From NCBI GenBank assembly GCA_046297395.1, contig JBKCNM010000071.1:2255-66254 (forward strand): a stretch of 64,000 nucleotides of DNA, read 5' to 3'. Position 1 is the first letter of the stretch. The number at the start of each line of letters is the position of its first letter. This stretch comes from Bacteroidota bacterium (GTDB taxonomy: Bacteria; Bacteroidota; Bacteroidia; UBA4408). This document shows positions 18,183 to 27,769 of this stretch, in pieces. The position numbers were made by a program, and so were the translations under genes. The notes beneath the pieces are model-generated. The model was not told where the DNA came from and did not search any database. It was given only the letters and a program-made list of their open reading frames with translations.

Positions 18183-20644
18183 GTTTCGTGGATAAAAACG
18201 CGTTTCACTCTTTGGGATAATGATGTTAATACCTCGTAAGGAATGGTTTCTAACATGTCTGCTATCGATTCAAGGTTTATTTCCGACCCGATAATTATCA
18301 CCTCGTCGCCTTCATTGCATGCAATTTCAGTGACATCTGCCATAAACATATCCATGCAAATATTGCCCACTGTGTGGGCCTTTTTTCCCTGTATCATTAC
18401 ATACCCTTTGCCGTTGCCCAATCTTCGGGCGAAACCATCTGCATATCCCAAAGGGATCACAGCAATTTTACCTCCCTTGGGAAGTCTGCCTTTGCAACCG
18501 TATCCAACCGGTTCATCCGGCAGGATGTCCCGAATCTGTGAGATTACACTTTTTAAGGAGGCTACATGCAAGAGATTTTTTTTTGATGCCTCATCAAACC
18601 CTACTCCATACATGCCAATGCCTAATCTTACCATCTCAAAAATTCCCCTTGGATGAGATTCTATTCCACCTGTATTCAGGATATGTCTTAATACATCATA
18701 TCCTAAAATTTCTTTTACCTGTATAGCGGCATTTTCCAACAGGTCAATCTGTTTGTTGGTAAATACATCATATGCAGGATCTTCACTGGCAGCAAGATGA
18801 GAGAAAATACTTCCAACCTGAAGTTGCCTCGATTCTTTTATTAAGGCAAGAATACTTTCCATTTCCTCCGGTTGAAATCCCAACCTGTTCATACCGGTAT
18901 TTATTTTTAGATGGATGGTGAGTTTTCTGTCGAGTGGTAAATGCTGCCGGGCAGTTTTAATCATCCATCCCAACACACGCCTACTGTATACTTCCGGCTC
19001 CAACTTCCATCTGATAAGGCTTTCCAGACTTTCTGTACCCGGGTTCATTACCATAATTGGTATGTGTATTCCCCTCCGTCTCAATTCAACGCCTTCATCT
19101 GCGTATGCAACTGCAAGATATTCCATCTGGTTGAACTGCAATGCAGAGGCTATTTCATAGCTTCCCGTTCCATACGAAAATGCTTTTACCATGCCCATCA
19201 TTTTGGTTCCTTTCGGCAACAGCGACCTGAAGTAATTTACATTGTGTATAATCGCAGGGATGGAAATCTCAAGCACGGTTTCATGCGATTTTTTCTGCAG
19301 GAGGAGAGCAATTTTCTCGAAAGTAAATGGTCTCGCACCTTTGATGAGGATGACCTCCTCCCAAAAATGTTCAGGCTTAAATGCATCCAAAAATTCCAGG
19401 GTGTCCTTGTAGAAGTATATCTCTTTCTGATGGAACACATGCTGATGAGCAAAAATTTCTTTTCCGATTCCTACCAATTTTTCGATTCCGGCTTCGTCCA
19501 ATTGTTTCGATATATCCGCATACAACATTTCACCCTGCAAACCACTCTGTAATACATCCGAAAGGATGAGGGTGCGCTTGCGGTGACTTTTTTGCTGCGA
19601 CATAAACTGAAGTGCCAGATGCAGGGCATGCGGATCTGAATTATAATAATCCTGTATCAGCAGGCATCCGTTAAGTCCTTCCTTCATTTGCATGCGCATC
19701 GCTACAGGCTGCAAGGCTTTCATCCCCTCAGCAATAGCTTCCTGCTCAATTCCCAAGAGTAGCGCTACACACCAGCAATGAATGGCATTTTCAACGGATG
19801 CTTCATCACTGAAAGGAATACTGATTTCTGAGAATTGATTATGGTAGATTCCCTGTATTTGAGTAGCGTTTTCTTTTCTGTCAATTTTGCTGATGATCAA
19901 ATCGGCATTTCCTTTTTTAGACCAGGTAAATGTCTGTTTTCGCCCGGAAAATAAATGATGCAATTCCGTATAATCCCGACAATAAACCAATGTGCTTTCA
20001 TCTCCGACGAGTTTTGCTTTTTCTGATGCAAGCACCATCGTGTTGCTAAAATTTTCGAGATGCGCTTTGCCGATATTGCTGATTAATGTAATGTCAGGCT
20101 TGATTACCTTGGCAAGCTTTTCCATCTCAGAAACCTTTGAGATGCCTGCTTCGAAAATACCAAGCGTGTGTTCTTTTCGCATTTGCCATACAGAGAGCGG
20201 AACTCCAATCTGCGAATTGTAACTTCCCGGACTCCTTACAATATGAAATCGGTTTCCGAGCAACAGTGCCAGCCATTCTTTAATAATGGTTTTTCCATTG
20301 CTTCCGGTGATTCCAATCACAGGAAATTGAAACTGACTGCGATGCCATGCAGCGAGCGTTTGTAAGGCTTCGCTGCTGTTCTTTACAAGAATGAAATTGG
20401 ATTCAGGATATTTTTCCTCCGAAGGCAAGTCCTCCACCACAAAATTTCTTACACCTTTCTCATAGAGTTCAGGAATAAAATGGTGGCCATTGTTTCGCTG
20501 GCTTACCATACAGAAAAACAATGTCTCTGAAGGATTTCGCAATTGCCGGCTATCGGTAAGGAGCAACCCCGGCTCCATCCATGGATTTGCCATCCGGCTT
20601 CCCGGTAGCCCGATCACATCGTTTATGGTATGAATGGCATGCAT
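18179..20644 (-). CDS. alr: Bifunctional MurF-like ligase / alanine racemase fusion
   Basis: N-half: DSR, IGITGSNGKT, SYNSQIGVP, EAGIS, D.YNSD, IKGAR.F.FE. C-half: MVKAFSYG (PLP Lys), HLKINTGMNRLG, VRLGIGMYG, GYADG, GNICMD. The ATG at 20644 is preferred to 20674. Confidence 0.93.
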   Translation of the reverse strand: MHAIHTINDVIGLPGSRMANPWMEPGLLLTDSRQLRNPSETLFFCMVSQRNNGHHFIPELYEKGVRNFVVEDLPSEEKYPESNFILVKNSSEALQTLAAWHRSQFQFPVIGITGSNGKTIIKEWLALLLGNRFHIVRSPGSYNSQIGVPLSVWQMRKEHTLGIFEAGISKVSEMEKLAKVIKPDITLISNIGKAHLENFSNTMVLASEKAKLVGDESTLVYCRDYTELHHLFSGRKQTFTWSKKGNADLIISKIDRKENATQIQGIYHNQFSEISIPFSDEASVENAIHCWCVALLLGIEQEAIAEGMKALQPVAMRMQMKEGLNGCLLIQDYYNSDPHALHLALQFMSQQKSHRKRTLILSDVLQSGLQGEMLYADISKQLDEAGIEKLVGIGKEIFAHQHVFHQKEIYFYKDTLEFLDAFKPEHFWEEVILIKGARPFTFEKIALLLQKKSHETVLEISIPAIIHNVNYFRSLLPKGTKMMGMVKAFSYGTGSYEIASALQFNQMEYLAVAYADEGVELRRRGIHIPIMVMNPGTESLESLIRWKLEPEVYSRRVLGWMIKTARQHLPLDRKLTIHLKINTGMNRLGFQPEEMESILALIKESRQLQVGSIFSHLAASEDPAYDVFTNKQIDLLENAAIQVKEILGYDVLRHILNTGGIESHPRGIFEMVRLGIGMYGVGFDEASKKNLLHVASLKSVISQIRDILPDEPVGYGCKGRLPKGGKIAVIPLGYADGFARRLGNGKGYVMIQGKKAHTVGNICMDMFMADVTEIACNEGDEVIIIGSEINLESIADMLETIPYEVLTSLSQRVKRVFIHET

Positions 20645-20699
20645 GAGTTTACCTGCAAATATCTGCATTCGCACACATACATGAACAAAAAATTATCAG

Positions 20700-20707
20700 T
20701 ACATTTG
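20700..20707 (+). promoter_or_regulatory. -7 promoter element TACATTTG for hppD
   Basis: TAnnTTTG match 19 bp upstream of the ATG. Confidence 0.55.
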
Positions 20708-20726
20708 AATATTCAATTCAATACTT

Positions 20727-21869
20727 ATGTCCACTCTTTCAAAAGGCATCTCTCTTGAGGAATTAAAGGAAATCGGTAAAAATGATTTTCTTCCCATCAA
20801 TGGCACCGACTATGTTGAATTTTATGTAGGTAATGCCAAACAAGCAGCCTATTTTTATCAAACAGCTTTCGGATTTGAACTTGTGGCTTATGCAGGACTG
20901 GAAACCGGTGTAAAAGACCGTGCATCCTATGTATTGCAGCAAGGCAAAGTTCGATTTGTACTAACTACCTCTTTTGATCCTGAATCAGCCATATCAAATC
21001 ATGTAAAAGAACATGGTGATGGTGTAAAAGTTCTTGCTCTTTGGGTCGACGATGCGGCCTATTCACTCGAAGCCACTACTTCCCGAGGTGCAGTAGAAGC
21101 AATCTCCCTTCAAACACACAAGGATGAGTTTGGTGAGGTTAAAACGGCCTCCATCTGTACCTATGGTGAAACCATTCATACATTCGTTGAACGAAAAAAT
21201 TACAAGGGTGTTTTTCTGCCCGGTTTCAAAGCAGTAAATAAATCCTACAAAACTGCCTCTATCGGACTTCTGCATATTGATCATTGTGTGGGTAATGTAG
21301 GCCTGGGTGATATGAATAAGTGGGTTTCCTTCTATGAAAATGTGATGGGTTTCCGTTTGTTGTTAACTTTTGATGACAAGGATATTTCCACTGAGTACAG
21401 TGCCCTTATGAGTAAAGTTGTGAGCAATGGCAATGGGTACATCAAATTCCCCATCAATGAACCTGCAGAGGGTAAAAAGAAATCTCAGATTGAGGAGTTT
21501 CTCGAATTCTACAAGGGACCGGGTGTACAGCATGTGGCCCTTGCAACAGGCGATATTGTGCACACTGTTTCTGTATTGAGGAAAAACGGAGTTGAGTTTC
21601 TGCATGTTCCTGATTCCTATTATGCAGATTTAAAAGCAAGGGTTGGCGAAATTGATGAGGATATCGAAGTGCTAAAAAGCCTGAATATCCTTGTTGATCG
21701 TGATGAGGAAGGATACCTCCTTCAGATTTTTACCAAGCCGGTGGAAGATCGTCCCACACTCTTTTATGAAATTATTCAAAGAAAGGGAGCACAATCTTTT
21801 GGGAAAGGAAATTTTAAAGCCTTGTTTGAATCGATTGAACGCGAGCAGGCACTCAGGGGAACCCTCTGA
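20727..21869 (+). CDS. hppD: 4-hydroxyphenylpyruvate dioxygenase
   Basis: EFYVGNAKQAA, HGDGVK, IDHCVGN, KFPINEP, SQIEE, GVQH.AL, LLQIFT, EIIQR.G...FGKGNF. Confidence 0.97.
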   Translation: MSTLSKGISLEELKEIGKNDFLPINGTDYVEFYVGNAKQAAYFYQTAFGFELVAYAGLETGVKDRASYVLQQGKVRFVLTTSFDPESAISNHVKEHGDGVKVLALWVDDAAYSLEATTSRGAVEAISLQTHKDEFGEVKTASICTYGETIHTFVERKNYKGVFLPGFKAVNKSYKTASIGLLHIDHCVGNVGLGDMNKWVSFYENVMGFRLLLTFDDKDISTEYSALMSKVVSNGNGYIKFPINEPAEGKKKSQIEEFLEFYKGPGVQHVALATGDIVHTVSVLRKNGVEFLHVPDSYYADLKARVGEIDEDIEVLKSLNILVDRDEEGYLLQIFTKPVEDRPTLFYEIIQRKGAQSFGKGNFKALFESIEREQALRGTL

Positions 21870-21876
21870 CAAGTCC

Positions 21877-22095
21877 ATGTACAAACTGCTTCTTTATTGT
21901 TTCTTCGCAATTTCAGTAGGGACCTTGCATCAGGGATGTGTCTCGGGGAAGGGTGTGCAGGGCAAGCGCAAATCTCATAAGAAAAAGTGTAATTGTCCCG
22001 GTGGAGCCTTTCTTCCCAAACAGGATGCTCCAAGCATGGATGTTGCAATTTTTTGTGATTTAAAACAGAGCATGGCAAAGGAACTTGCCGCTTGA
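21877..22095 (+). CDS. Small putative lipoprotein (72 aa) with KKKCNCP motif
   Basis: ATG 8 nt after the hppD stop. Sequence MYKLLLYCFFAISVGTLHQGC = signal peptide with lipobox-like Cys, then Lys-rich stretch and CxCP. The upstream part of ORF 21691-22095 is only hppD overlap. Confidence 0.55.
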   Translation: MYKLLLYCFFAISVGTLHQGCVSGKGVQGKRKSHKKKCNCPGGAFLPKQDAPSMDVAIFCDLKQSMAKELAA

Positions 22096-22150
22096 ACAGA
22101 GGCTGATTCGTTCCTTAAATATGCATTCACAATCCTTCTACAGCGCATGG

Positions 22151-22870
22151 TCAGAGACCATTCCAGCATTGTTTGATGAGATTTGCATTTCCGGAGACAA
22201 GTAGAAATGAAATAACAAAACAGAGTAAGTTGAACAGAAAAAAGAGGAATGCGATTATCGGGCCAGGGATGTGTAAAATTTTCTGAAGTTCTCCTGCATC
22301 ACCTGCAGGCTTTTTGAAGTTGAGCATGAGCAATACCCAGGAGGAATAAAGTGCATCGATGGAAACCCAGGAAGCAATCAGTACCAAGAAGAGCTGTTCC
22401 CAAATCATTTCATTCAGATAAAGTAAAGAGCATAGCCCTGCAAGATTGATCAGTGTCCATGCCCATCCGTAGGTATTTCTGATCCAAAGAGCCATGTTCA
22501 GAAGGATTACCGATACCAGAAAAAGCAGCGCAAATTGTTGTTGTTGCAACCAAATGGAAACATAAATAATCATTCCACACAATGCAGAAAACGGATAGCC
22601 TGCGAGGTAAATCAGCAGGTTCCTGATTTTTCCTTTCGCAGAAAAGATGGTTTTTCCGGAGGTATCTGCATAAAGATCGATGGCATGTGTATCGCCGCCT
22701 ACCAAGAGGGCTACAAGTGCATGACCGGTTTCATGAAAGAGGGTATCAAAACCCCTAAACCATTTTCCAACAAATGGAATGCGGCAAAAGAGAAATCCGG
22801 CAATGCTTAATAGGATGATTCCATAGGCATGCATCGGATCAATCAGTTTAGATATGAAGGATTCCACCAT
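22151..22870 (-). CDS. M50B-family intramembrane metallopeptidase
   Basis: FHETGH (HExxH), AGY motif, GDA..L third ligand region, multiple TM helices. Confidence 0.85.
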   Translation of the reverse strand: MVESFISKLIDPMHAYGIILLSIAGFLFCRIPFVGKWFRGFDTLFHETGHALVALLVGGDTHAIDLYADTSGKTIFSAKGKIRNLLIYLAGYPFSALCGMIIYVSIWLQQQQFALLFLVSVILLNMALWIRNTYGWAWTLINLAGLCSLLYLNEMIWEQLFLVLIASWVSIDALYSSWVLLMLNFKKPAGDAGELQKILHIPGPIIAFLFFLFNLLCFVISFLLVSGNANLIKQCWNGL

Positions 22871-23928
22871 CAGGCTTCACAGATACCGAGTAGCTTATCC
22901 AGCGTTTGCTCTGCAGTCATTACTTTTTGGATGCTGTATTCTGTATGGATATCAAGCAAGAGCACTGCAATTTTTTCAGCCATTGCTTGCTCATCAGCAC
23001 ATACATGTATTCTTTCTGAATGTTCAATACGACCTACATCAAAGCACACTACATGCATGCCTGCCCTGACGGCATTGGTAATCACCGCAGATTGCCCCTC
23101 AAAGGAGCTTGTATGCAAAAAGATACGGGCATTATACATGTTTTCAATCACTTTTTCATTGGGCACTTCCCCGCAGAGAATATTGTCTGAAAAGCCAAAT
23201 GAAAGAGCAAGACTTTTCAGATTCATTTTTTCCGGACCGTCTCCCAATAACCTGATTTGTATTTCGGGTAATTTCTTTTTCACAAGATGGCACACTTCCA
23301 GAAATACATTCCATTGTTTAATAGTTGTCAGGCTTCCGGCACCCAATATATCAATACCGGGATTTGTTGCACGAGAAAACTGCTTGTGTATAGATTCGTC
23401 AACGCCCATGTGCAAAATGTTGAATTTATTTTCAGCACTAATCGTACAACTCAAGGTCCTGGCTGACATTTCCGAAATTGGAAAATAACGGGAATGATCA
23501 ATATTGAGGATTCTCAGGTATTTATTGGAAGGCAACACATCCTGTCCGAGCATCCATGTTATGCAGTGCACACCTGTGATGCCACGAAAGATGTTGCCAA
23601 TCAGGGCAGTTTCAGTCGCCCAGAGGCAAATCACTACATCCGGTCGGGATTGACGAAGCATATAAGAAAGGATGCGAAACCAGAGGAGAATTTTTGAAAA
23701 GCCTTTTTTGTTTTTACCTCCAAAGGGCATCACTTCCCAAGAAAAATACCTGTAAGGTTTTCGGTGAAAGGGATATTGAAAACTGAGTATTTTGATATCT
23801 GCCCTATTCGCATCCAGACTATGTGCTTTTGCAAGAGCGCAGAGAAATGGCAGACAGGAAGTATCGGCTCCACCGTCAGGAAATCCCGGAGTCAGAATAT
23901 AAATTTGACGCTTTCTTGGTTCTGGCAT
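22870..23928 (-). CDS. Glycosyltransferase family 4
   Basis: PGFP....D.SCLP N-terminus, MLGQD, GSL..IK, GDGPE, FLHTSSFEG....NA..AG. ATG at 23928; the ORF extends to a TTG at 23961. Confidence 0.85.
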   Translation of the reverse strand: MPEPRKRQIYILTPGFPDGGADTSCLPFLCALAKAHSLDANRADIKILSFQYPFHRKPYRYFSWEVMPFGGKNKKGFSKILLWFRILSYMLRQSRPDVVICLWATETALIGNIFRGITGVHCITWMLGQDVLPSNKYLRILNIDHSRYFPISEMSARTLSCTISAENKFNILHMGVDESIHKQFSRATNPGIDILGAGSLTTIKQWNVFLEVCHLVKKKLPEIQIRLLGDGPEKMNLKSLALSFGFSDNILCGEVPNEKVIENMYNARIFLHTSSFEGQSAVITNAVRAGMHVVCFDVGRIEHSERIHVCADEQAMAEKIAVLLLDIHTEYSIQKVMTAEQTLDKLLGICEA

Positions 23929-24063
23929 GGTTTTAAGCACACTTTGATTAGTCCTCTGCAAAAAAGGTTTTTTTCTTCACAAATTGAAATTTTTCTATCA
24001 AAATTTATCAGCACTTAACAAGGCAAAATTCCCTTGCCAATTAATTAATAACTTTGGGGTCTA

Positions 24064-24795
24064 ATGGTTGATTTTCACGAATTACTTACTCCCGGAGGAT
24101 TACTCAGTCTGGTGACACTTTCCATTATGGAAATCGTATTGGGAATTGATAACATCATCTTTATCGCGATCGTTTCGTCTCGATTACCCCGTAAACAACA
24201 AGCGCAGGCCAGAGCAGCAGGGCTCAGTATTGCACTGTTATTTAGGGTCTGTCTCTTGTTTTCTATCAGTTGGATTATCGGATTGAAAGAAAGTCTTTTT
24301 TACTTGGGTAATTTCGGAGTATCAGGTAGAGATTTGATCCTTTTTGCAGGAGGTTTATTCCTGGTCATCAAAACCTGCATAGAGATCTATGAAAAGATTT
24401 ATACATCATCTCAACCCAATCAAAAGCGAGGTGGAGAAATAAGTCTCAGAAATGCCATCATACAAATTATTTTTCTCGATGTAATATTTTCGTTCGATTC
24501 AATTCTTACTGCCGTTGGCCTTATCAGAAATGTAGCCATCATGGTTACAGCTGTTGTTATTTCGATGATTGCCATGCTTGCCTTTTCGGGAGGAGTAAGC
24601 GATTTTATCAATCGTCATCCCACTGTGAAAATGCTGGCGCTTGTTTTTCTTGTAGTGATTGGTCTGGCCCTCGTTGCAGAATCATTGCATCTGCATGTTG
24701 AGAAAGGGTATATCTATGCTGCCCTTGGTTTTAGTGTGCTGGTGGAATTACTCAACATGGCATACAGAAGCCAGTCGCACAGAAGAAATCAATAA
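24064..24795 (+). CDS. TerC-family integral membrane protein
   Basis: MEIVLGIDNIIFI, GRDLIL..GGLFL..K, D.IFS.DSI.TAVG, HPT.KMLAL.FL, KGYIY.A; TAACTTTG promoter at 24049-24056. Confidence 0.93.
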   Translation: MVDFHELLTPGGLLSLVTLSIMEIVLGIDNIIFIAIVSSRLPRKQQAQARAAGLSIALLFRVCLLFSISWIIGLKESLFYLGNFGVSGRDLILFAGGLFLVIKTCIEIYEKIYTSSQPNQKRGGEISLRNAIIQIIFLDVIFSFDSILTAVGLIRNVAIMVTAVVISMIAMLAFSGGVSDFINRHPTVKMLALVFLVVIGLALVAESLHLHVEKGYIYAALGFSVLVELLNMAYRSQSHRRNQ

Positions 24796-25337
24796 TTGTT
24801 GATGGTTTCCATCAATGCTAACAACAAGGCATTTTTGTTTTCGTCATGTACATGGATGCCATTTCTGAGGATAATCAGACTTTTTACAATCTCCTCTTGA
24901 GGCGGAATATTTTTCATGTTGTCTGCAATGGTGAGGATTTCAATACATGCTTCCATATCACTCTTGCAGGCCAATTCACAAAGCCCCGGCAGGTGACCTG
25001 AGCAATCCCAATCAAATTCCCAGCACCAGCTGAGAAGGGGAACCTGCAAATGATTGGTTCCGGGTTTGGCGAGGCTTGATAGAATTTGGCTACAGGGGTC
25101 TTCCATGGCTACCGTAGCGGCAAAAGTCTTCACAGCCTCCAGAAATGCAAGGTTGCCCGGATGACTTGGTAATGCATTCAACAAATGTTGAAATGATTCC
25201 GGATACCCGAGCTTCGTTAGTTCACTTGCTACCTCAGGCAGCACAAGGCTTTGCTCAATCGTAAGTGCTTTATGCAAAAGATCTCTTCGATCTTGTTTAT
25301 CTTTTTCTTCTTCAGGAATAAATGGATCCCTGGTCAT
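24789..25337 (-). CDS. Hypothetical alpha-helical protein
   Basis: True start is probably MTRDPF at 25337; the longer ORF to 25475 merely reads through the tRNA. Contains CWE...D....L..L and IE.LT...N segments. Confidence 0.65.
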   Translation of the reverse strand: MTRDPFIPEEEKDKQDRRDLLHKALTIEQSLVLPEVASELTKLGYPESFQHLLNALPSHPGNLAFLEAVKTFAATVAMEDPCSQILSSLAKPGTNHLQVPLLSWCWEFDWDCSGHLPGLCELACKSDMEACIEILTIADNMKNIPPQEEIVKSLIILRNGIHVHDENKNALLLALMETINNY

Positions 25338-25339
25338 GT

Positions 25340-25372
25340 AAAAAAAACCCTGCCATTGGATTGGCAGGGTTT
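25340..25372 (-). terminator. Rho-independent terminator after tRNA-Gln
   Basis: Minus strand: AAACCCTGCCA-ATCCAA-TGGCAGGGTTT with an 8-T tail. Confidence 0.8.
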
Positions 25373-25375
25373 GGG

Positions 25376-25446
25376 TTGCCCGAGCTGGATTCGAACCAAC
25401 ATAGTCAGAACCAAAATCTGAAGTCCTGCCATTAGACGATCGGGCA
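25376..25446 (-). tRNA. trnQ: tRNA-Gln (anticodon UUG)
   Basis: Acceptor stem TGCCCGA/TCGGGCA, anticodon arm TCAGA-TTTTGGT-TCTGA, T-loop GGTTCGAATCC; CCA not encoded; TATCTTTG promoter at 25456-25463. Confidence 0.96.
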
Positions 25447-25860
25447 AATCGGCTGCAAAGATAGATTTTTTTCAAAGTACAACTCTATGATTGCATTTTT
25501 TTCAATTTTGATATTTTGGTTTTTTTAGTCTACGCTGAACAGTCGATTCATTTAAAATGAAGATAAGCTTGACATGAGGATTAGAAAAATGACAGATTGC
25601 CTTGTATGTAACAAGGATGAATTGGGTTCAGAATTCGAGGGGAATTGCTGCACGGGGGGCACGATAGAAACATACTGTTTCATGAGCGCCCCCAAACAGC
25701 GCTATTTAGTTAGGTTTAGGAGTAGGACTTTTCCGCACAAAATATCATATGCATACAACATGTAAGGGGATATTGATTCCCTAAAAATTGTTTTATTTGC
25801 CGTTGGACGAAAAGTAACAACATTCTATCAAATAAATTTGCATTTTTCATTTGTGCGCAA

Positions 25861-25868
25861 CAAAGATA
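25861..25868 (-). promoter_or_regulatory. Leftward -7 promoter element TATCTTTG in the large intergenic region
   Basis: Exact TAnnTTTG, 10 bp upstream of an ATG at 25850 that opens a 44-aa ORF. Confidence 0.4.
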
Positions 25869-26268
25869 TATTGAATCTGTTAACTTTCATGAAAATATTT
25901 TGTGTCAAACCCTATATACTATTAAATAATTGTTTTTCAGGAAGATATGTCATTTTTCAGGATTTTATTGGAATCACGCACACCAATAAACATCATTTTC
26001 TATTGCCAACATGCCGTTGTTTAATCATCGTTTAGGAAACTCCAATAAGTATAGAATTGAAAGAAAGATCATCATTGCTCCCTCATGGTGAATGGTTTTC
26101 TCCATGTCTGTCGGTAATGAGGCACACCATCAACACCAGGGCGGAAGAATGATTGCATTTGTCGACTGCCTGATTCCCTTCAGCCAATTCTGTAAATGGG
26201 GAAACAGCACATTTTTAATAAAACCCTATATTTGGTCAACTTTATGATTTACTGATAGTTTTGTAGAA

Positions 26269-27762
26269 ATGTTAAAGAAATCTGATCTGTTTGACTTAAT
26301 CAAATCACTAGATCCTTATGAAAAGCGCTACCTGGTGATGAGGGGCAACAAGGAAGAGGGCGCTGCATCTGGCTATCTCACGCTCCTGAAAGAAATTGCC
26401 GGCATCGAAAATTACACTGAAGAGGCAATGAAACAAGCCATTGCCGTGGTCTCCGATTCTGATAAAAGCGAAGTAAAAAAATATTATTTCTATCACTGGA
26501 TTTTAAAACATCTTTCCGATTATCATGCTGCAGAGTACAATCACTCAAGAGAATTGAACAGCATCAATCTACTGATTGACCGCTCCCTTTATGATCAGGC
26601 AAACAACATGATTCAAACAGTAAAAGAAGTATGGAAGAAAGCAGAAAAATATCCTCAGCTTTTTGCTTTACTCGAGCTGGAAGTAAAAATTTCGAAGTAT
26701 CAGGAAACTTCCAATCCCCTCTCTTTGCTTGAGGAAACAGGTGCACTCACAAAGCAATATGCAGATTTAAAAGCCCTGGAGCTAATCAGGCATCAATTTA
26801 GGCTGATTCTTGACAGGAATATTTATGTGAGATGCGAAAAAGATAAAAATGAAATTGAAAAAATTACTAACTCAAGCTTGCTTTCAAAAAACAAGAAAGG
26901 CAACCATGGATTATTAATTAATTACAACAGAAACCTCATCCTGTATTGGAAGAATGCAACCTATTGTGATTGGGAAACCGCATACAGATATGCTTTTAAG
27001 AACTACAAATTGATGTTTGCTGAGCCTGATACGCTCGTCAATCTTCCTGATGAAACACTCAATGCAATCTATATTACCCTGATTTCCTCATCCTTGTCCA
27101 ACTCCCGTATATACAAGGAAGTGGTTAGGAAAATTAAGAAAATCTCTTACTCCGAGATGAACAGCCGGATAAAGGATGATGTTAATTTCATCATTCATTT
27201 TACGAACTTGATTCTATTCAATAATCCAACGAAAGAAACAAAGGACCATAGAAAAGTAAAAGAGGCGGAAGATTATATTTCTCTAAACCGAAGCAAGTTT
27301 TCAAAAATTAGGCTCAATAGTTTTTACTTCGATCTTGCTAAAGCATATTTTTATTTGGCAGAGTATCAAAAAAGCCATTTCATTCTTAATGAAATCTTCC
27401 AGAATTTAAAGGTAAGCGGATCCACGATTGATTTTTATATTCACTCAAGAATTCTTGATTGCTTGGCATGTTATGAAAACGAAAGTTATGAGTTCATTTT
27501 TTACACAGCCAAAGCCACTGAAACTTTCATGAGCCGAAAAAAAATCGAACATCATTTTGAAAAAAGATTTTTGCATTTCATCATGCGCGATCTTTCCAAC
27601 TTTAATGACTGGAACAAGCAGAAAAAAATAAGTAAACTGGAACAACTCAAAAAAGATCTCTCCGAGATTTTAACTTCCTCTTATGAGAAGCCTGTGCTCA
27701 GCTATTTAGATTACAACGGATGGATCAACAAGAAGTTGGATTTACTTAAGGAACCTGATTAA
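26269..27762 (+). CDS. Hypothetical all-alpha/TPR-like cytoplasmic protein (497 aa)
   Basis: Long, visibly AT-rich ORF; N-terminus SDLFDLIKSL...EKRY; C-terminal YLDY..W...K; no signal peptide. Confidence 0.75.
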   Translation: MLKKSDLFDLIKSLDPYEKRYLVMRGNKEEGAASGYLTLLKEIAGIENYTEEAMKQAIAVVSDSDKSEVKKYYFYHWILKHLSDYHAAEYNHSRELNSINLLIDRSLYDQANNMIQTVKEVWKKAEKYPQLFALLELEVKISKYQETSNPLSLLEETGALTKQYADLKALELIRHQFRLILDRNIYVRCEKDKNEIEKITNSSLLSKNKKGNHGLLINYNRNLILYWKNATYCDWETAYRYAFKNYKLMFAEPDTLVNLPDETLNAIYITLISSSLSNSRIYKEVVRKIKKISYSEMNSRIKDDVNFIIHFTNLILFNNPTKETKDHRKVKEAEDYISLNRSKFSKIRLNSFYFDLAKAYFYLAEYQKSHFILNEIFQNLKVSGSTIDFYIHSRILDCLACYENESYEFIFYTAKATETFMSRKKIEHHFEKRFLHFIMRDLSNFNDWNKQKKISKLEQLKKDLSEILTSSYEKPVLSYLDYNGWINKKLDLLKEPD

Positions 27763-27769
27763 AGCAGAT

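Noticed and set aside
18243-19552. Plus-strand ORFs of 137 and 203 aa inside murF-alr (likewise 22829-23488, 39507-40100, 41041-41598, 43313-43822)
   Set aside because: Antisense to well-conserved genes, with no recognisable motifs.
18179-20644. MurF-Alr fusion as a novelty
   Set aside because: A well-known, widespread Bacteroidota architecture.
25338-25475. N-terminal extension of ORF 24789-25475
   Set aside because: It reads through tRNA-Gln and its terminator; the real start is likely 25337.
24789-27762. tRNA-anchored genomic island
   Set aside because: No integrase and no duplicated tRNA 3' end seen; the AT-rich gene lies on the 5' side of the tRNA.
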